Source of the DNA: Octopus sinensis
Taxonomy: Eukaryota
Reading direction: 5' to 3'
NCBI RefSeq assembly: GCF_006345805.1
Contig: NC_043006.1
Span: 35,464,001 to 35,528,000, forward strand
Length of the DNA stretch: 64,000 bases
Below the pieces are notes generated by a model. It saw only the letters and a program-made list of their open reading frames with translations, did no database searches and was not told where the DNA came from. Shown one piece after another: positions 25,547 through 38,530 of this stretch. Made by a program: the position numbers and the translations under genes. Numbering within the stretch: position 1 is the first letter of the stretch; each line of letters opens with the position of its first letter.

Positions 25547-25797
25547 TTGGATTGGTGCATAATTATTGGGGTTTTTTTCCAACGAATTTTATTCAACAAA
25601 AACAATAACAACATGTAATAAAAACATCTTCAAACGATTATTCTGGAGCATATTCACCATCTACTTCAATTACTGCTTCCCATATGCTTGGCAGACCGTC
25701 AGAATGTCATTTAAAGATGTTTTTGTTAAGTATTGTTGTTGTTTTTGTTGAATAAAATTTGTTGAAAAAAAGCCGCAATAATTATGCACCAATCCAA
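25547..25797. mobile_element. Mariner-derived MITE with ~85-bp inverted arms
   Basis: TIR ttggattggtgcataattattg..caataattatgcaccaatccaa followed by TA, resembling the Hsmar1/MADE1 terminus; the minus strand inside encodes DGLPSIWEAVIEVDGEYAPE*, a mariner transposase C-terminus. Confidence 0.85.
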
Positions 25798-26784
25798 TAG
25801 ATAGACAGAGAAACGGACAGACGGACGGACGGACGGACAGACGGACGGATAGATGGGTGGATGGATAAATAAGTAGGACACATTGACAATGCGAATAACG
25901 TTGGTCATAAGTAGCAAACCGACCGCAAATTTAGGAACTTGCTTGGTTGATTTAGTGAATCCCAATAATTCTCTCAAAAGGTTGTGGTGGAGATACTTTT
26001 GTCCAGCGGTATCAGAACTCAATAATATAAACGTGCGCCAACTTCATCAATATATTTACACGAGTGTTTCTACCAAAATATATATCGATTTACGGCAACT
26101 CACACCTGTTGTCTATACACATATACTCATATACTTCCGTGCGGTTCCATACCCACGTATAAAGGGTCGACTGAATCGAGATGCTTAGTAAAGAGCTGGG
26201 GTAACTTTCCACCTAGTTTATTGTAATATACTAAACTTCCCACGTTCTATGAAAAGAAAAAGTAACATTCCTTGAATTCCATCCAGATTGTAATTAACTT
26301 TTAATTATAAGGAAATGTCTCACTTTATAGGTTATGACATGTTATAGTCAAGTTATAGGGTATGCCATGCTGAGAATTTCTGAAAAGAATGAAATAGTGC
26401 TATACATGATGACCATTAACTAGAAATTGTAAGGGCTCCGTTACCGTTAAAAATAATCGAACATGGAATTTATATGCATTTCCTTCCTCGTATTTTTTAA
26501 TTTCGAATTCAACTTACTAACCCGGCATCGTGTCGTGAGTGGACGCTCATCTCAATTGCATTAATGGTTATTGCTAGAGCGTACCCCAAGTATTTAATGT
26601 TGCATAGAGGAGAGAATAAATGGTGGGTAATGCGATGTCAAATGACGTAAGCTACCAAGGGCATAAAATTAGTGCACATGTCGAATTTGCGTCTAAACTC
26701 CATCTTTAAATGCAGGTATGTGATAGTTGTCTATAGGAAGATTAGCTATGGGGCAATGTGCCTATCCAGCTGGCATGTATGTAA

Positions 26785-27115
26785 CTGGATCTCCGTCGAT
26801 TACAACGACGAGAGCTACAGTTGATCCGATCAATCGAACAACTCGTGAAATTAACGTGTAAGTTAACATATATATGTCGAGCACTACACAGATACATGCA
26901 CCCTTAATGTAGTCTCGGGGACATTCACTGTGACACTGGATGTGACAACGCTTGTCTTTTGAAATACAGGTACAACTAAGTTTTGCCTGCTGAGTGGACC
27001 TGAAGCAACGTGAAATAAAATGTCTTGCTCAAGGAGACAAAGCGTCTCTGGCAATCGATCTCACAACCTGACAATCGTGAGCCGAATGCCCTAACCACAA
27101 GACCACACGCTTTCA
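26785..27115 (-). mobile_element. Family M SINE, full length
   Basis: Head (minus) gtggtcttgtggttagggcattcggctcacg..ccttgagcaagaca; long 3' region shared with 61925-62130 and 29365-29435. Confidence 0.85.
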
Positions 27116-27216
27116 CTGATATATATGCATAACAACCAGACAAGTATCAAATTAGCTTATGACGTATTTATGTTACTGTAACAAACAGAACAATACGAAT
27201 ACAAAGGGTTATATAT

Positions 27217-27798
27217 TCTTTTCTACTTTAGGCACAAGGCCCGAAATTTTAGGGGAGGGGGCCAATCGATTAGATCGACCCCAGTAAGTAACTGGTACTT
27301 AATTTATCAACCCGAAAGGATAAAAGGCAAAGTCGACCTCTGTGGAATTTGAACTTAGAACGTAAAGACACACGAAGTACCTATTTCTTTACTACCCTCA
27401 AGGGGCCAAACACAGAGGGGACAAACAAGGACAGCCAAACGGATTAAGTCGATTAGATCGACACCGGTGCGTAAGTGGTACTTTATTTATCGACCCCGAA
27501 AGGATGAAAGGCAAAGTCGACCTCGGTAGAAGTTGAACTCAGAACATAAAGACAGACGAAATACCTATTTCTTTACTACCCACAAGGGGCTAAACACAGA
27601 GGGGACAAACAAGGACAGACAAACGGATTAAGTCGATTACATCGACCCCAGTACGTAACTGGTACTTAATTTATCGACCCCCGAAAGGATGAAAGGCAAA
27701 GTCGACCTCGGCGGAATTTGAACTCAGAACGTAGAGGCAGAAGAAATACCGCTAAGTATTTCACCCGGTGTGCTAACGTTTCTGCCAGCTCGCCGCCC
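27217..27798 (-). mobile_element. Family N SINE trimer within a single 17-bp TSD
   Basis: One head plus three bodies at ~184-bp period; TSD tacaaagg(g/a)ttatatat at 27200-27216 and 27799-27815. Confidence 0.93.
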
Positions 27799-27914
27799 TA
27801 CAAAGGATTATATATAGTAAGTTTCGATTGTGGGAAATTGTTAATCGTTGCAACCTAAAGAGGACGACCTGATAATGAGGCAGAAAGTTCAAAATATTGA
27901 TATGACAGTTTGGT

Positions 27915-28020
27915 AGGAAGATGGAAGTTTTCAGGGGTCTTTTAGACACTGATGCATTTAGGAAGTTCATTACAGATTTGTGTTCCGAGATAAGTAAAAC
28001 GACAGGTGGAAATTCCTCGA
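27915..28020 (-). pseudogene. L2/Crack-like LINE C-terminal relic
   Basis: Manual translation STCRFTYLGTQICNELPKCISV*KTPENF resembles SFxYxGxxxWNxLP. Confidence 0.4.
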
Positions 28021-28534
28021 TCAGAGCTCCGGTCATTCAACGCTGATTGGTATTTAAATAACAACAGTAGCAGTCAGCAGAGACAACAACCACAACCACA
28101 ACAACACCACCACTGTGTTTAAATTATTCAGACAATCGACGACGCCATGTTTCCGTCTTTAGTTGACTTCCTGCACAAGTGTAACGCCATAAGGAATGAG
28201 ACAAGACAAAGCAAAAGCAGGTCGTTGACCACAAAAGGTTTTTCGATGCAATGTGGCTTCTCTGTAGTCGATGTGTACAGATATACATACACGCACGCAC
28301 ACACACACACACACACATACATATATGCATGCATACATATATCCACATATTTCATATATATATATATATATATGAATATATATCAATACATACACATGCA
28401 TATGTATGTATACTTATATACACATATATTCACACACACATAATATATATATATATGAATATTGGCTAAACTGGCAAAATGACCATTCCGAAATATAACA
28501 TATATATATATAATATATATATAAATATGTATAA

Positions 28535-28567
<33 letters not shown>

Positions 28568-28879
28568 TGTATGTATGTATGTATGTATGTATGTATGTAT
28601 GTATGTATATATGTATGTATGTGAATATAAATTTACATATGTCTTCATACATCTATATATACAACCCTGGTAATAACATCAATATCACCAATGATATAAA
28701 TATCGCTATTTATAACAGAATCATCCCGTCCCCACCTCCCCCACCCGTCAATGCCATCTCTGTCGCCGAGATTCCTATCCTAATTACCATTCTGGAAAGT
28801 CTAACGAAGTGGTTAGTGGCATCCACTCACGTATTTCCTTATTACCTAGCAAGGAGAGAACGACTACAAGAACGAAAAA

Positions 28880-29075
28880 CTGAAGAAGAAGAAGAGGAGG
28901 AGGAGGAGGAGAAGAAGGAAGAAGAAGAAGGAGAAGAAGAAGGAGAAGAAGAAGAAGAAGAAGAGGAGGAAGAAGAAGAAGGAGAACAAGAAGAACAAGA
29001 AGAAGAAGAAGAAGAAGAAAAAGAAAAATGAGAAAAAGAAGAATATGATGATGATAAAAACGATATTTTCCGACG

Positions 29076-29129
<54 letters not shown>

Positions 29130-29165
29130 ATGATGAGGAGGAGGAGGAGGAGGAGGAGGAGGATG
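28880..29165. repeat. (GAA/GAG)n,(GCT)n,(GAT)n,(GAG)n compound triplet microsatellite
   Basis: Directly visible. Confidence 0.96.
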
Positions 29166-29460
29166 TTAAGAAATTGCTCAAATTTCTAATGATTATAATG
29201 TTAATTTTAATTATCTCTCAAATCAGCATCAGACCATTCATTTATAATGGAATGACTGCAGAATCGACTCACTTGAAGATACAAAATATTTTTGGCACCA
29301 ATTGGCATTGTTCATAAATATGTTTTCGCCAATCTTTATATCATATTTATTTAAGGATTTGATTAATCGGTACTCTGTCGGTTGCGATGACGAGTATCTA
29401 GTTGATCCGATCAACGGAACATCCTGCTCGTGAAATATATATACCATATTAATATATATT

Positions 29461-29495
<35 letters not shown>

Positions 29496-29560
29496 TCTAT
29501 ATATATAGTATATATGTAATATATATATATATATATATATGTAATATATATATATATATA

Positions 29561-29594
<34 letters not shown>

Positions 29595-29595
29595 G

Positions 29596-29635
<40 letters not shown>

Positions 29636-29684
29636 GTTATGTATGTATGTATATATACGTGCGTATATATAAATACATATATAT

Positions 29685-29912
29685 ATATACTTTATTTAAA
29701 GCAGCAGCAAAATTCAACAAAAGCTGTTACTCTGAGTTCCCCGTTGCCGTTCATCGGACAGTTTTTTTGCTCCGATGAACGGCAACGGAAACTCAGAGTA
29801 ACAGTTTGTTGAATTTTCTGCTGCTTTAAATAAAGCATATTACTTACTCTACCACTGGTATTTGAGTACTCTTTTTTCCACCTTGTTTCACATTTATGTG
29901 TTTACTCCCATA
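29685..29912. mobile_element. Fold-back Penelope-like pLTR element (family D) with a hammerhead motif on each strand
   Basis: Arms 29685-29758 and 29771-29840 are reverse complements; each contains CCGAUGA-ACGGCAACG-(G)G(A/G)AAC-UCAGA-GUA-ACAG; flanked by (TA)n. Confidence 0.8.
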
Positions 29913-30151
29913 TACTATATATTCTATATATATATATCTATATATTTAAGATATATATATATATAATATATATATATAATATATATATGTTGTATTTATA
30001 TATGTATATATATATCTACATATATATATATAAATATATAATGTGTATATTTATATATGATATATAATATAGACATATATATATTATATGTATATATATA
30101 TGTATATATATATATATGCATAGCTATATTATACATATACATTACACACAA

Positions 30152-30231
<80 letters not shown>

Positions 30232-30234
<3 letters not shown>

Positions 30235-30625
30235 GGGTTGCAAGGTTGTACAGGTGTCAATATATTACGGCCGTTTCTAGCAACTCCTGTAATCGATTAA
30301 TGAAAACATTACAACATTTGAAAGAAACCGTTTTCGTCAGATGAACGCATTGACTTCAAACCTAAAAGTCTACTCTAAATCAGAGAGTAGCAGAGGAAAT
30401 AAGGAATTGATACCTGTACATCTTTGTTGCTCATTTATATTTTATCCATCTAACGTGGCATCTGCACTTCGGATACACTATAGAAAGTACCTTCATAAAA
30501 AGTACATGTTTGAATTCTCATAGACGGATACCTTCACATTGTTGGATTGCGTTGTCTGCACACACGGCAGGAATATCAGGTACAAATACTCCTGCACGGA
30601 GTCTGTCTTGATACTCAATATTTAA
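30232..30625 (-). mobile_element. Penelope-like relic: possible ORF C-terminal remnant followed by a hammerhead-like motif (30262-30344)
   Basis: Minus strand CUGACGA..~55 nt..GAAAC-GGCC-GUA; upstream frame ..CADNAIQQCEGIRL*EFKHVLFMK..; ends at (TA)n. Confidence 0.45.
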
Positions 30626-31059
30626 TTAATATTGTTTGGGTGTGAGGATTATACCGACCTAGCAAGATGACATGGAGGATGACAAAGGAACATACGGAAA
30701 AACAGGAAAACATGCAGACGGTGGACTCAGACATGTTCAATCCTCATCAGCTATCGACTAAATATCATCACAATTTCGTCACCTTCCGATAATATTGTGT
30801 GCGCTCGATGGATGAACAGAAATAGAAAACAAAGACAAGTACCATAAGAAAATTCAAGACACATGACCGAATGGTTGAACTGATGAATTATGGGAAGAAT
30901 GAGGGAAAATATATAAGACGAAAGAAACAAATAAGTAATGGAAATTTTATTGTAAAAATTAAGTTCAATAGAAATCATGACGGTACTTTCAATTAGAAAA
31001 TTATGCATACACGCATATATGTATCTCTCTCTCTCTCTGTCTGTCTCTCTGTCTGTCTG

Positions 31060-31114
<55 letters not shown>

Positions 31115-31238
31115 TATATACACATCCATACATAAATATTATATATATTATATATTATATATTATATATAATATTTATATATACATCCACACATACATAG
31201 TATTATATATATATATATATACATCCACACATACATAG

Positions 31239-31273
<35 letters not shown>

Positions 31274-31419
31274 ATATGACTTGAAAACATGTTCACTTCC
31301 CTTTAATGTTATCAGCTCCCTTTGTTTATCCCTAAACGTTTTGTCCCCCTATTTATCAAGTCGTTTATTGTGCTCATTAAAGAATACCAAATAAGGAGGG
31401 AAAAGAATTTCATTAATGA

Positions 31420-31423
31420 TATT

Positions 31424-31473
<50 letters not shown>

Positions 31474-31487
31474 CATCATTATCATCA

Positions 31488-31532
<45 letters not shown>
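31420..31532. repeat. (ATC)n(ATT)n microsatellite
   Basis: Directly visible. Confidence 0.97.
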
Positions 31533-31533
<1 letters not shown>

Positions 31534-32030
31534 GGTTGTGATGAAGCTGGGGATGATGCTGATGAAGACAATGGTGTCGAGATGTTTTGGTGAGAATGAT
31601 CGAGTATGTATTGTATGAGTATGTGCACGCACACCAATGTGAGTATGTGTGTGTGTGTGCATTTGGGTGTTTGTGTGTGTGTGTGAGATATAGAGAGAGA
31701 AAGAGAAAGAAAGAAATGGTGACTAAATGAATCAGTGATAGAGGAAAACACCTTGGTTAACTCTTCTTCCTGCCACCCTCACCTGTCAACACTTCCGCAC
31801 CACCTTGTTTTCGAGAGAAGCGCGTGTGAAAAAGACATGCAAAATAACGTTTCGGTCGTGTCTACTGGTGCGGGAGTATGTGTGTATTTGCAAACGCTAT
31901 ATGTGCGTATATATATGAGTGTGTGTGTGTGTGTGTGTGTGCGTGCGCACGTGCATCTGAGGCTGGTCGGTTACATAGGTTTCAAGAGTACTCAGTCCGC
32001 GGGTTTTTAAACGTGTTTCTATACACACAC

Positions 32031-32066
<36 letters not shown>

Positions 32067-32257
32067 ATATATATATATATTATATATATATATATATGTA
32101 TATTATATAGATATATTTATGTACATATAGATATACACAATATATAGTTTATATATTATGTGCATGCATGTATGTAGGTGCATATATATATATATGTATA
32201 TATGTATTTTATAAATGTGTATGTATGTGTGTATGTATTATACATACATTATATATA

Positions 32258-32308
<51 letters not shown>

Positions 32309-33182
32309 TTATATATCTATATATATATATATACAAGCAAAAAAGAAACGAGATCATGCTTTGTGTCGTGTTTTTGCTATTTTATGCCTGCATTCATGCT
32401 AGCATCTCCTGCCGCCTGACTGTGTACATACATGTGTCAGTCTATGTATATATATGTGTGTGTATATATCATGATTTCTATCTAAGTATGTGCATGTGTG
32501 TGTGTATGTGTATGTGTGTGTGAACTTCTTGACATATGTTTGTAAACAAGGTCGGCATGTACATGCACGTTTTGTTAAGTGCATGACGCGTGCGTATGCA
32601 TGTACAATACACATGGATACCTAGACGTGAGTGTTTTCGTATGTGTGTATATATGAGTACAATACGTATGTGTGTCTACCTTGTTGTGTGTACAAAACAC
32701 TGTTTTATTTATAGAATGCGAAATGTATACGTTTAATTCTGAGACAAACTGTTACATACAAACACACACAAATAGAGTCACACACACTGACTAACATACA
32801 TATATATACGCGCCATTATAAGCAGGTAGTGTATTATTGCACATAGTGCTAAAACGTGTGTATAAATGTATAATATTAGTAGAGCCGTGCTTGAATGTGT
32901 GTGCTTACTACGTTTGAACGTGTATCCGTGTGTGTACATGTCAGGATGTATAACTGAGACATTGTTTTTATATAATTGTATGTATTTGGAAATATACCTG
33001 TTGTATATTGGTGAATATTTGTTGTGTGAGTCAGGAATGTTTACTACGCATGCGTAATTGCCAAACAGCATGATGCGTAGGAAAGGTTGGAGGAGGGTGA
33101 GAGAGAGAGAGAGCAAGACATGGTATCCAAGGAACGGTTACAGACCCAGTTGCACTTTGGGAGACGTAATATGAGGTGTGTG

Positions 33183-33218
<36 letters not shown>

Positions 33219-33419
33219 AACAATGTATGCATGTATGCATGCAGACATGTGTGTGTATGTGTGTGTGCGAGTGTTTAGGTGTGCATATATGTGTGTATAA
33301 ATATATATATATATACACACACACATATATAAATACATACATACACATACATGCACATACACACGCACATACACGCACATACATACATACATATATATAT
33401 ATATATATTATATATATAT

Positions 33420-33450
<31 letters not shown>

Positions 33451-34129
33451 CACAGTTACGTACTCATGTGAGATTAAATATATATATATATAGTAGATAG
33501 ATATAGATATATCGATATAATAGATATATATATATATACCATATATATATATATATATAATATATATATATATCTATCTCATCTCCCTTTCTGTATATAA
33601 ACATGCATATAAACATATATGCGTGCGTGTGTGTGTATATGTGTATGTACTATATAGGTATGTATGTATATTTGAACAAACACACATACAAGTATATTCT
33701 GCGTTCAAGCCCTGCTAGCCTACACATAAGCACGTGCATCTGGCTAGTAAACGCACACGTATACAGACGTACTCACGCGCGTACAACCCTCACAAAGGTA
33801 TATTCTTCACATGTGCATGTCTAGGCATGCATGTATGTATACACTGATGCACATTTTCTCTGCATTTTGTAGAGAAAATCCCACTGCATTGACAACTGCT
33901 GTGTCACTTGCCGTTGCCGCTGCTACTGTCTTTTGGCGGTTGCTTCTACTTCTGCTCCAATTCTTCATGTTTACGTGCTGCTGCTGCTGCGGCTGCTACT
34001 GCTACTGCTGCCTTTACCGCTGCTGAGCAGCCATGTCTGTTCTGGTTGATCAAAGCCTTTCTTTATGTGACTATCTCTCCTACATAAAAAAAAAATCTAA
34101 GGTGTCCATTAGTTTCTTTTCAAGTCTCA

Positions 34130-34435
34130 TACTCATTCTGTCTACATCTTTTGAACCACTCCATTAAATGGATGTAAACAAACCAAAGCCAGTAGCCATG
34201 TGATAGTCTGTGTGTGTGTGTGGGGGGGAGGAAGCGCACACAAAATGACACGCATACACACACACACATACACACAGAGATATAACAGTCTTCTTCCAGT
34301 GTGTGTGTGTACAACATCTACTCGCAAGTCTTTGGTCAGCCTATAGTGGAAGACACTTACGAAGGTGTCACGTACAGGGACTGAACCTGGTACCATGTGG
34401 TTGGGAAGCAACTTACTAGCCACTATTGCACCCAT
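34130..34435 (-). mobile_element. Family C SINE, degraded
   Basis: gaagacacttac..gggactgaacctggtaccatgtggttgggaagc. Confidence 0.75.
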
Positions 34436-34744
34436 ACATGTAAAATATTTTTATCAAAATTAGCACACGGCCTGTAAACTTTCATTAAACAACACCTTTT
34501 ATATTATGATAAAATAAGCATTGGATAAACATATATACCGCATCCGGCACAAACACACACACACACACGTCTTCATGTGGGTCACACTAAGCAGTATTAA
34601 ATGAAATATAGTCATTTACATTCTTGTTTGAAAAGTCCATGTACATTTGAATATAGATAAGACAAGGCACTCTCGAAACAACTTTGCAGTGCAAAGTCTT
34701 TTCATGTCCAAATGCACCTGAGCTTATTAAGTTCCAATGACTGA

Positions 34745-34795
<51 letters not shown>

Positions 34796-35054
34796 AGTGT
34801 GTATGTATGTATGTGTGTGTATGTGTGTGTGTGTATGTCTGTGTGTGTATGTGTATATATATATATATATATACATATATGAAAAAGTAACAAGAAAAGA
34901 ATGAGACAACGCTATTAGATAATTAGAGGATATTTATGTTATAATTTAGAATAAACAGTAAAAAGTTTGCCATTTAATACCCGACAAGAATGCATCGTAT
35001 CTCTTCGCTCTTCGAAATTCAGAGCACTATATATATATATATATATATATAATT

Positions 35055-35270
35055 TTTTTTTTTACTTGTGTCAGTCTAGTCATTTAACTGCACCCATGCT
35101 GGAACAGCATCTTCAGTCAAACAAATCGGCCCCAGGACCTATTCTTTGTAAACCTAGTACTTATTCTATGGTTTTCTTTTGTCGAACCGCTAGTTTACGG
35201 GGATGTAAACATCAATATCGATTGTCAAGCGACGGTGGCGGGAAAGACGCAGACACATAAATACACACTC

Positions 35271-35319
<49 letters not shown>

Positions 35320-35390
35320 TATATATTATATATATATATATATATATGACGGGCTTCTTTCGGTTTCCGTCTACTAAATCCGCTCACGAT
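35055..35390 (-). mobile_element. Family C SINE, head missing
   Basis: ccatgctggaacagc..attctttgtaaacctagtac..acgggcttctttcggtttccgtctac. Confidence 0.88.
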
Positions 35391-36367
35391 ATGTATGTAC
35401 GTATGTGAGTATTGCATGTATATGTATACTGTTAGGTTACATGCGTTACTTCATTTTGGAAGGTGCAGTGTAAATTTCAGATAAGTAGGGACAGTATATA
35501 ATTGCGATGAATACATGAGGCCCTCACTGTTCATCATAAGTCTACTCGTCAGCTAACGTGCCACTTTAGCAACAGCAACAAGGAGGTTTGCCAATGACGA
35601 CAACAACAACAAGAACCATACGTCTCTCAGCGTAAACGACTGAAGGTCATACAAGCGACTATTTCTCCTAAAAGAAATTATATAACCCGTTTCACTTCAT
35701 TTTCCATTTTCATAGAGGGATGACTCTTTAGATCTGACAATATATGGCTTTCTCTGTGGCCTATTTTCTGTTTTTTTGTTTTTCCTTTTTGCAATAGTCA
35801 TATTCTATTTCTCTCCATATAAATATTTATTTCTCTGTCGCTCTCCATTTTTCCGTCCGTCTTTCACTCTTTCACATTAGACGTAAGGCCAAGCCTAAGC
35901 AAGCACACACAAACACAAACAAAAATATGTGTACATATAGAATGCATGTGTATGTATGTGCATGCATGCATGTATCAGTGTTTTTCTACACCAGCGTGCA
36001 CCAATGTCATTTAATGTGTATTTTCTATACAACGTTCAGCGTGATCATGTTGCGATTTTATATGTGTACGTTTGTACGCACGAGTTGTAAATAGCAACAG
36101 CAACGGTTTCATCTGCAGCAACTGTTGCAATGACTCCGACTGATGCTGCAACCATTCAGGCATTTCCTTGTACTAATTGACAAAGGAGATGAGGAGTAGA
36201 GAGAGAGACAGACAGAGTGACAGAGAGAGAGAGGAAGAGAGAGAGAAAAGTAGTAACTAGATGAAGGCAAGGAAGAGGAAGGAAAAAATGGGGGTGGTAG
36301 TCCCTGGGGTCAACATTGATAAAGCAGGTATAGGCTCAATAGGATTGAAGTTGTGATATATGTATTA

Positions 36368-36517
36368 GTCTGTCTTTACGTTCTGAGTTCAAATTCCGCC
36401 GAGATCGACTTCGCCTTTTATTCTTTCGGGGTCAATAAATTAAGAACCTGTTGCGTACTGGGATCAATCTAATCGCCTGGCCCCCTCCCCAAAATTTCGG
36501 GCCTTATGCCTAGAGTA

Positions 36518-36520
<3 letters not shown>
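36368..36520 (+). mobile_element. Family N SINE, 5'-truncated
   Basis: acgttctgagttcaaattccgccgag..ggccttatgcctagagtagaa. Confidence 0.9.
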
Positions 36521-36550
<30 letters not shown>

Positions 36551-36552
<2 letters not shown>

Positions 36553-36863
36553 AATTCGGGGTGAGTACTTGATAATTATAAGCACCTGTGTATACCGTTT
36601 GGTGGTGTAGGTGGTGGAGTAAATTGATCAAAATAAAAACATGATGTCAAGGATTCAACGGTACATATGTTTCGGGCCTTTATTAGACAGATTTATAACA
36701 ATGCATAATGTATGTCTGTGGCCTTCTTCAGCCGCGCACAACAACTTCCACAAGGACATGTGTTACATCAAAAATTCTTGGTTGGGGATGCAAATCCTCT
36801 CATTCGCGTACGACATAATGCGGCAACAGCATAGAATTGAAGCGTCCATCTCTTTCTTCTCTC
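36551..36863 (-). mobile_element. Short (TA)n-flanked element with long-stem-II hammerhead (36658-36735)
   Basis: Minus strand GCGG-CUGAAGA-A-GGCC-ACAGA..UCUGU..GGCC-C-GAAAC-AUAU-GUA-CCGU. Confidence 0.75.
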
Positions 36864-36897
36864 ATATATATATATATATATATATATTTATACATAT

Positions 36898-36928
<31 letters not shown>

Positions 36929-37056
36929 CATATATATGAATAACTGCCGAGATATATATTTCTATAATTTCATAACCTCATACAATCACCAAGAGCACCT
37001 CACAAACAACACAACCGATACTACTGCGCCTACTACAACTGCTATAATAACATCCA

Positions 37057-37057
<1 letters not shown>

Positions 37058-37116
<59 letters not shown>

Positions 37117-37117
37117 G

Positions 37118-37162
<45 letters not shown>

Positions 37163-37165
37163 GTT
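37058..37165. repeat. (ATT)n microsatellite
   Basis: Directly visible. Confidence 0.98.
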
Positions 37166-37382
37166 GTTAATATCTTTTGGCATATCTGCTGCTGTTGAAG
37201 CTCCAGCTGGGGGACTTCTGCGTTTGTTGTAAATACTGGATTTGATTTCGTTGCTATTGTGGTAGTTAAAGCCGTTGTTAAAGCAGCTGTTATACACACA
37301 CATACACACACACATACAAACATACAATAACACAGACAGACAGACAGATACACACACACACACACACATACACACACACATA

Positions 37383-38255
37383 CAGCGTGCGGCGAATAAA
37401 CTGTCGTCTGAATAAAAATTATGAAAAAATAAATATAACACAGACATCTCGTTTTAACAGTCAGAGAAATTACATGAAAATATATTGAAATACTTAAGAG
37501 TAAAATTATTCAATAAAATCGCAATTGGTTTCAACCACGGCCTCCAGACGACTTCGGAATCTCCTGTAACTCCTCTGAACGGTCTTCTTGTTTACGTTGG
37601 TTAAAGTTGCCATAATCCTCGCCTTCAGTTCATCTTTAGTGTAACACGGAATTTTGTTGGTCTCTCGCTCAACTGCACCCCACATATAATAACCAAGGGA
37701 GTTTCAATTTGGGAAGTTAGATGGCCAGATGTTAGGGGTGACGTGGTCGCAGAAATTATCTGAGAATCATGACTGAGTTCTCCTGCTTGTGTAGGATGGT
37801 CAATATTCCTATTGCTAGACATAGGGTCTTCCAGCAGCCACCCTCATTACCCAGGGCAGTAATACCTCCTCCAAGCATTAGATGTACGCTTGCGTGTTGA
37901 GTCTGAGGTCGTGTGGGAAGAAGAATGGAGGTATATCGTTACCATCACTAGTGATCACTCCAATCACCATGATGTTGATTAGATGTTTGATTTTTATCTC
38001 TTTCCGTACATGTCCACAGATGACACTATCTTCAAACTGATAGCGAATCACTCAGGGGCTTCCGGCTCGAATGCCAAGCAGTACAGCATGTTGTTTCCAA
38101 ATTTTGGCAGAGTGTATTGCGTCATGGTGCTGTTTCTCTCCAGACGGTGCCCATTTGACTCTATTATACTCTGTTGTCGACAAAATAAAAAACAGAAAAT
38201 GCGCATGCGAGAATTTAAAATATAAGATGGCGACAATTTACCCATAACTCCCGCT
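37383..38255 (-). mobile_element. Tc1/mariner DD37D (maT-type) transposon, internally deleted
   Basis: Imperfect TIRs (TA-cagcgtgcggcgaataaactgtcg / cgacaatttacccataactcccgc) enclose a transposase relic. Confidence 0.8.
37506..38125 (-). pseudogene. DD37D-type transposase pseudogene
   Basis: Manual translation ..IMVIGVITSDG..LNTQAYI*CLEEVLLPWVMRVAAGRPYV*Q*E..SDNFCDHVTPNIWPSNFPN*NSLGYYMWGAVERETNK..RSRLEAVVETNCDFIE*; the catalytic-position spacing is 37 residues; short N-terminus (MTQ..) joined by a deletion. Confidence 0.85.
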
Positions 38256-38428
38256 TTCTCTCCTTTCTTATTCTCTCTCTGTTTATTTTCTCATGTTCCT
38301 TTCTGTTGAAGAGCGTAGGCTCGAAATATAAAAGACTTTCTCACTTTCCCGAGCGTTAAACTAATACAGCTGCTTGTTGTTTATACACCTGTCTTCGTCT
38401 TTTAGTTCGTCTGTAAATTCCAAACTAC
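38256..38428 (+). mobile_element. Family B element with hammerhead-like motif at 38299-38334
   Basis: CUUU-CUGUUGA-A-GAGC(guag)GCUC-GAAAU-AUA-AAAG. Confidence 0.75.
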
Positions 38429-38457
38429 ACAAACACGCATATATATATATATATATT

Positions 38458-38530
<73 letters not shown>

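Noticed and set aside
28543-29317. Poly-Glu and poly-Ala/Asp/Glu ORFs
   Set aside because: Compound triplet microsatellites; the first begins in a (TATG)n tract and neither shows recognisable protein features
30640-30752. Minus-strand CUGAUGAGGAUU..AAUCCUC pairing
   Set aside because: GAAAC and the cleavage triplet are absent; possibly a decayed motif but unsupported
31559-31590. ctgatgaa-gaca-atgg-tgtc-gagatgtt hammerhead look-alike
   Set aside because: GAAA is broken, there is no stem I, and it lies in a degenerate (GAT)n tract
34975-35030. ccgacaa..gaaattcagagca, resembling a family D hammerhead
   Set aside because: Too many core changes to count
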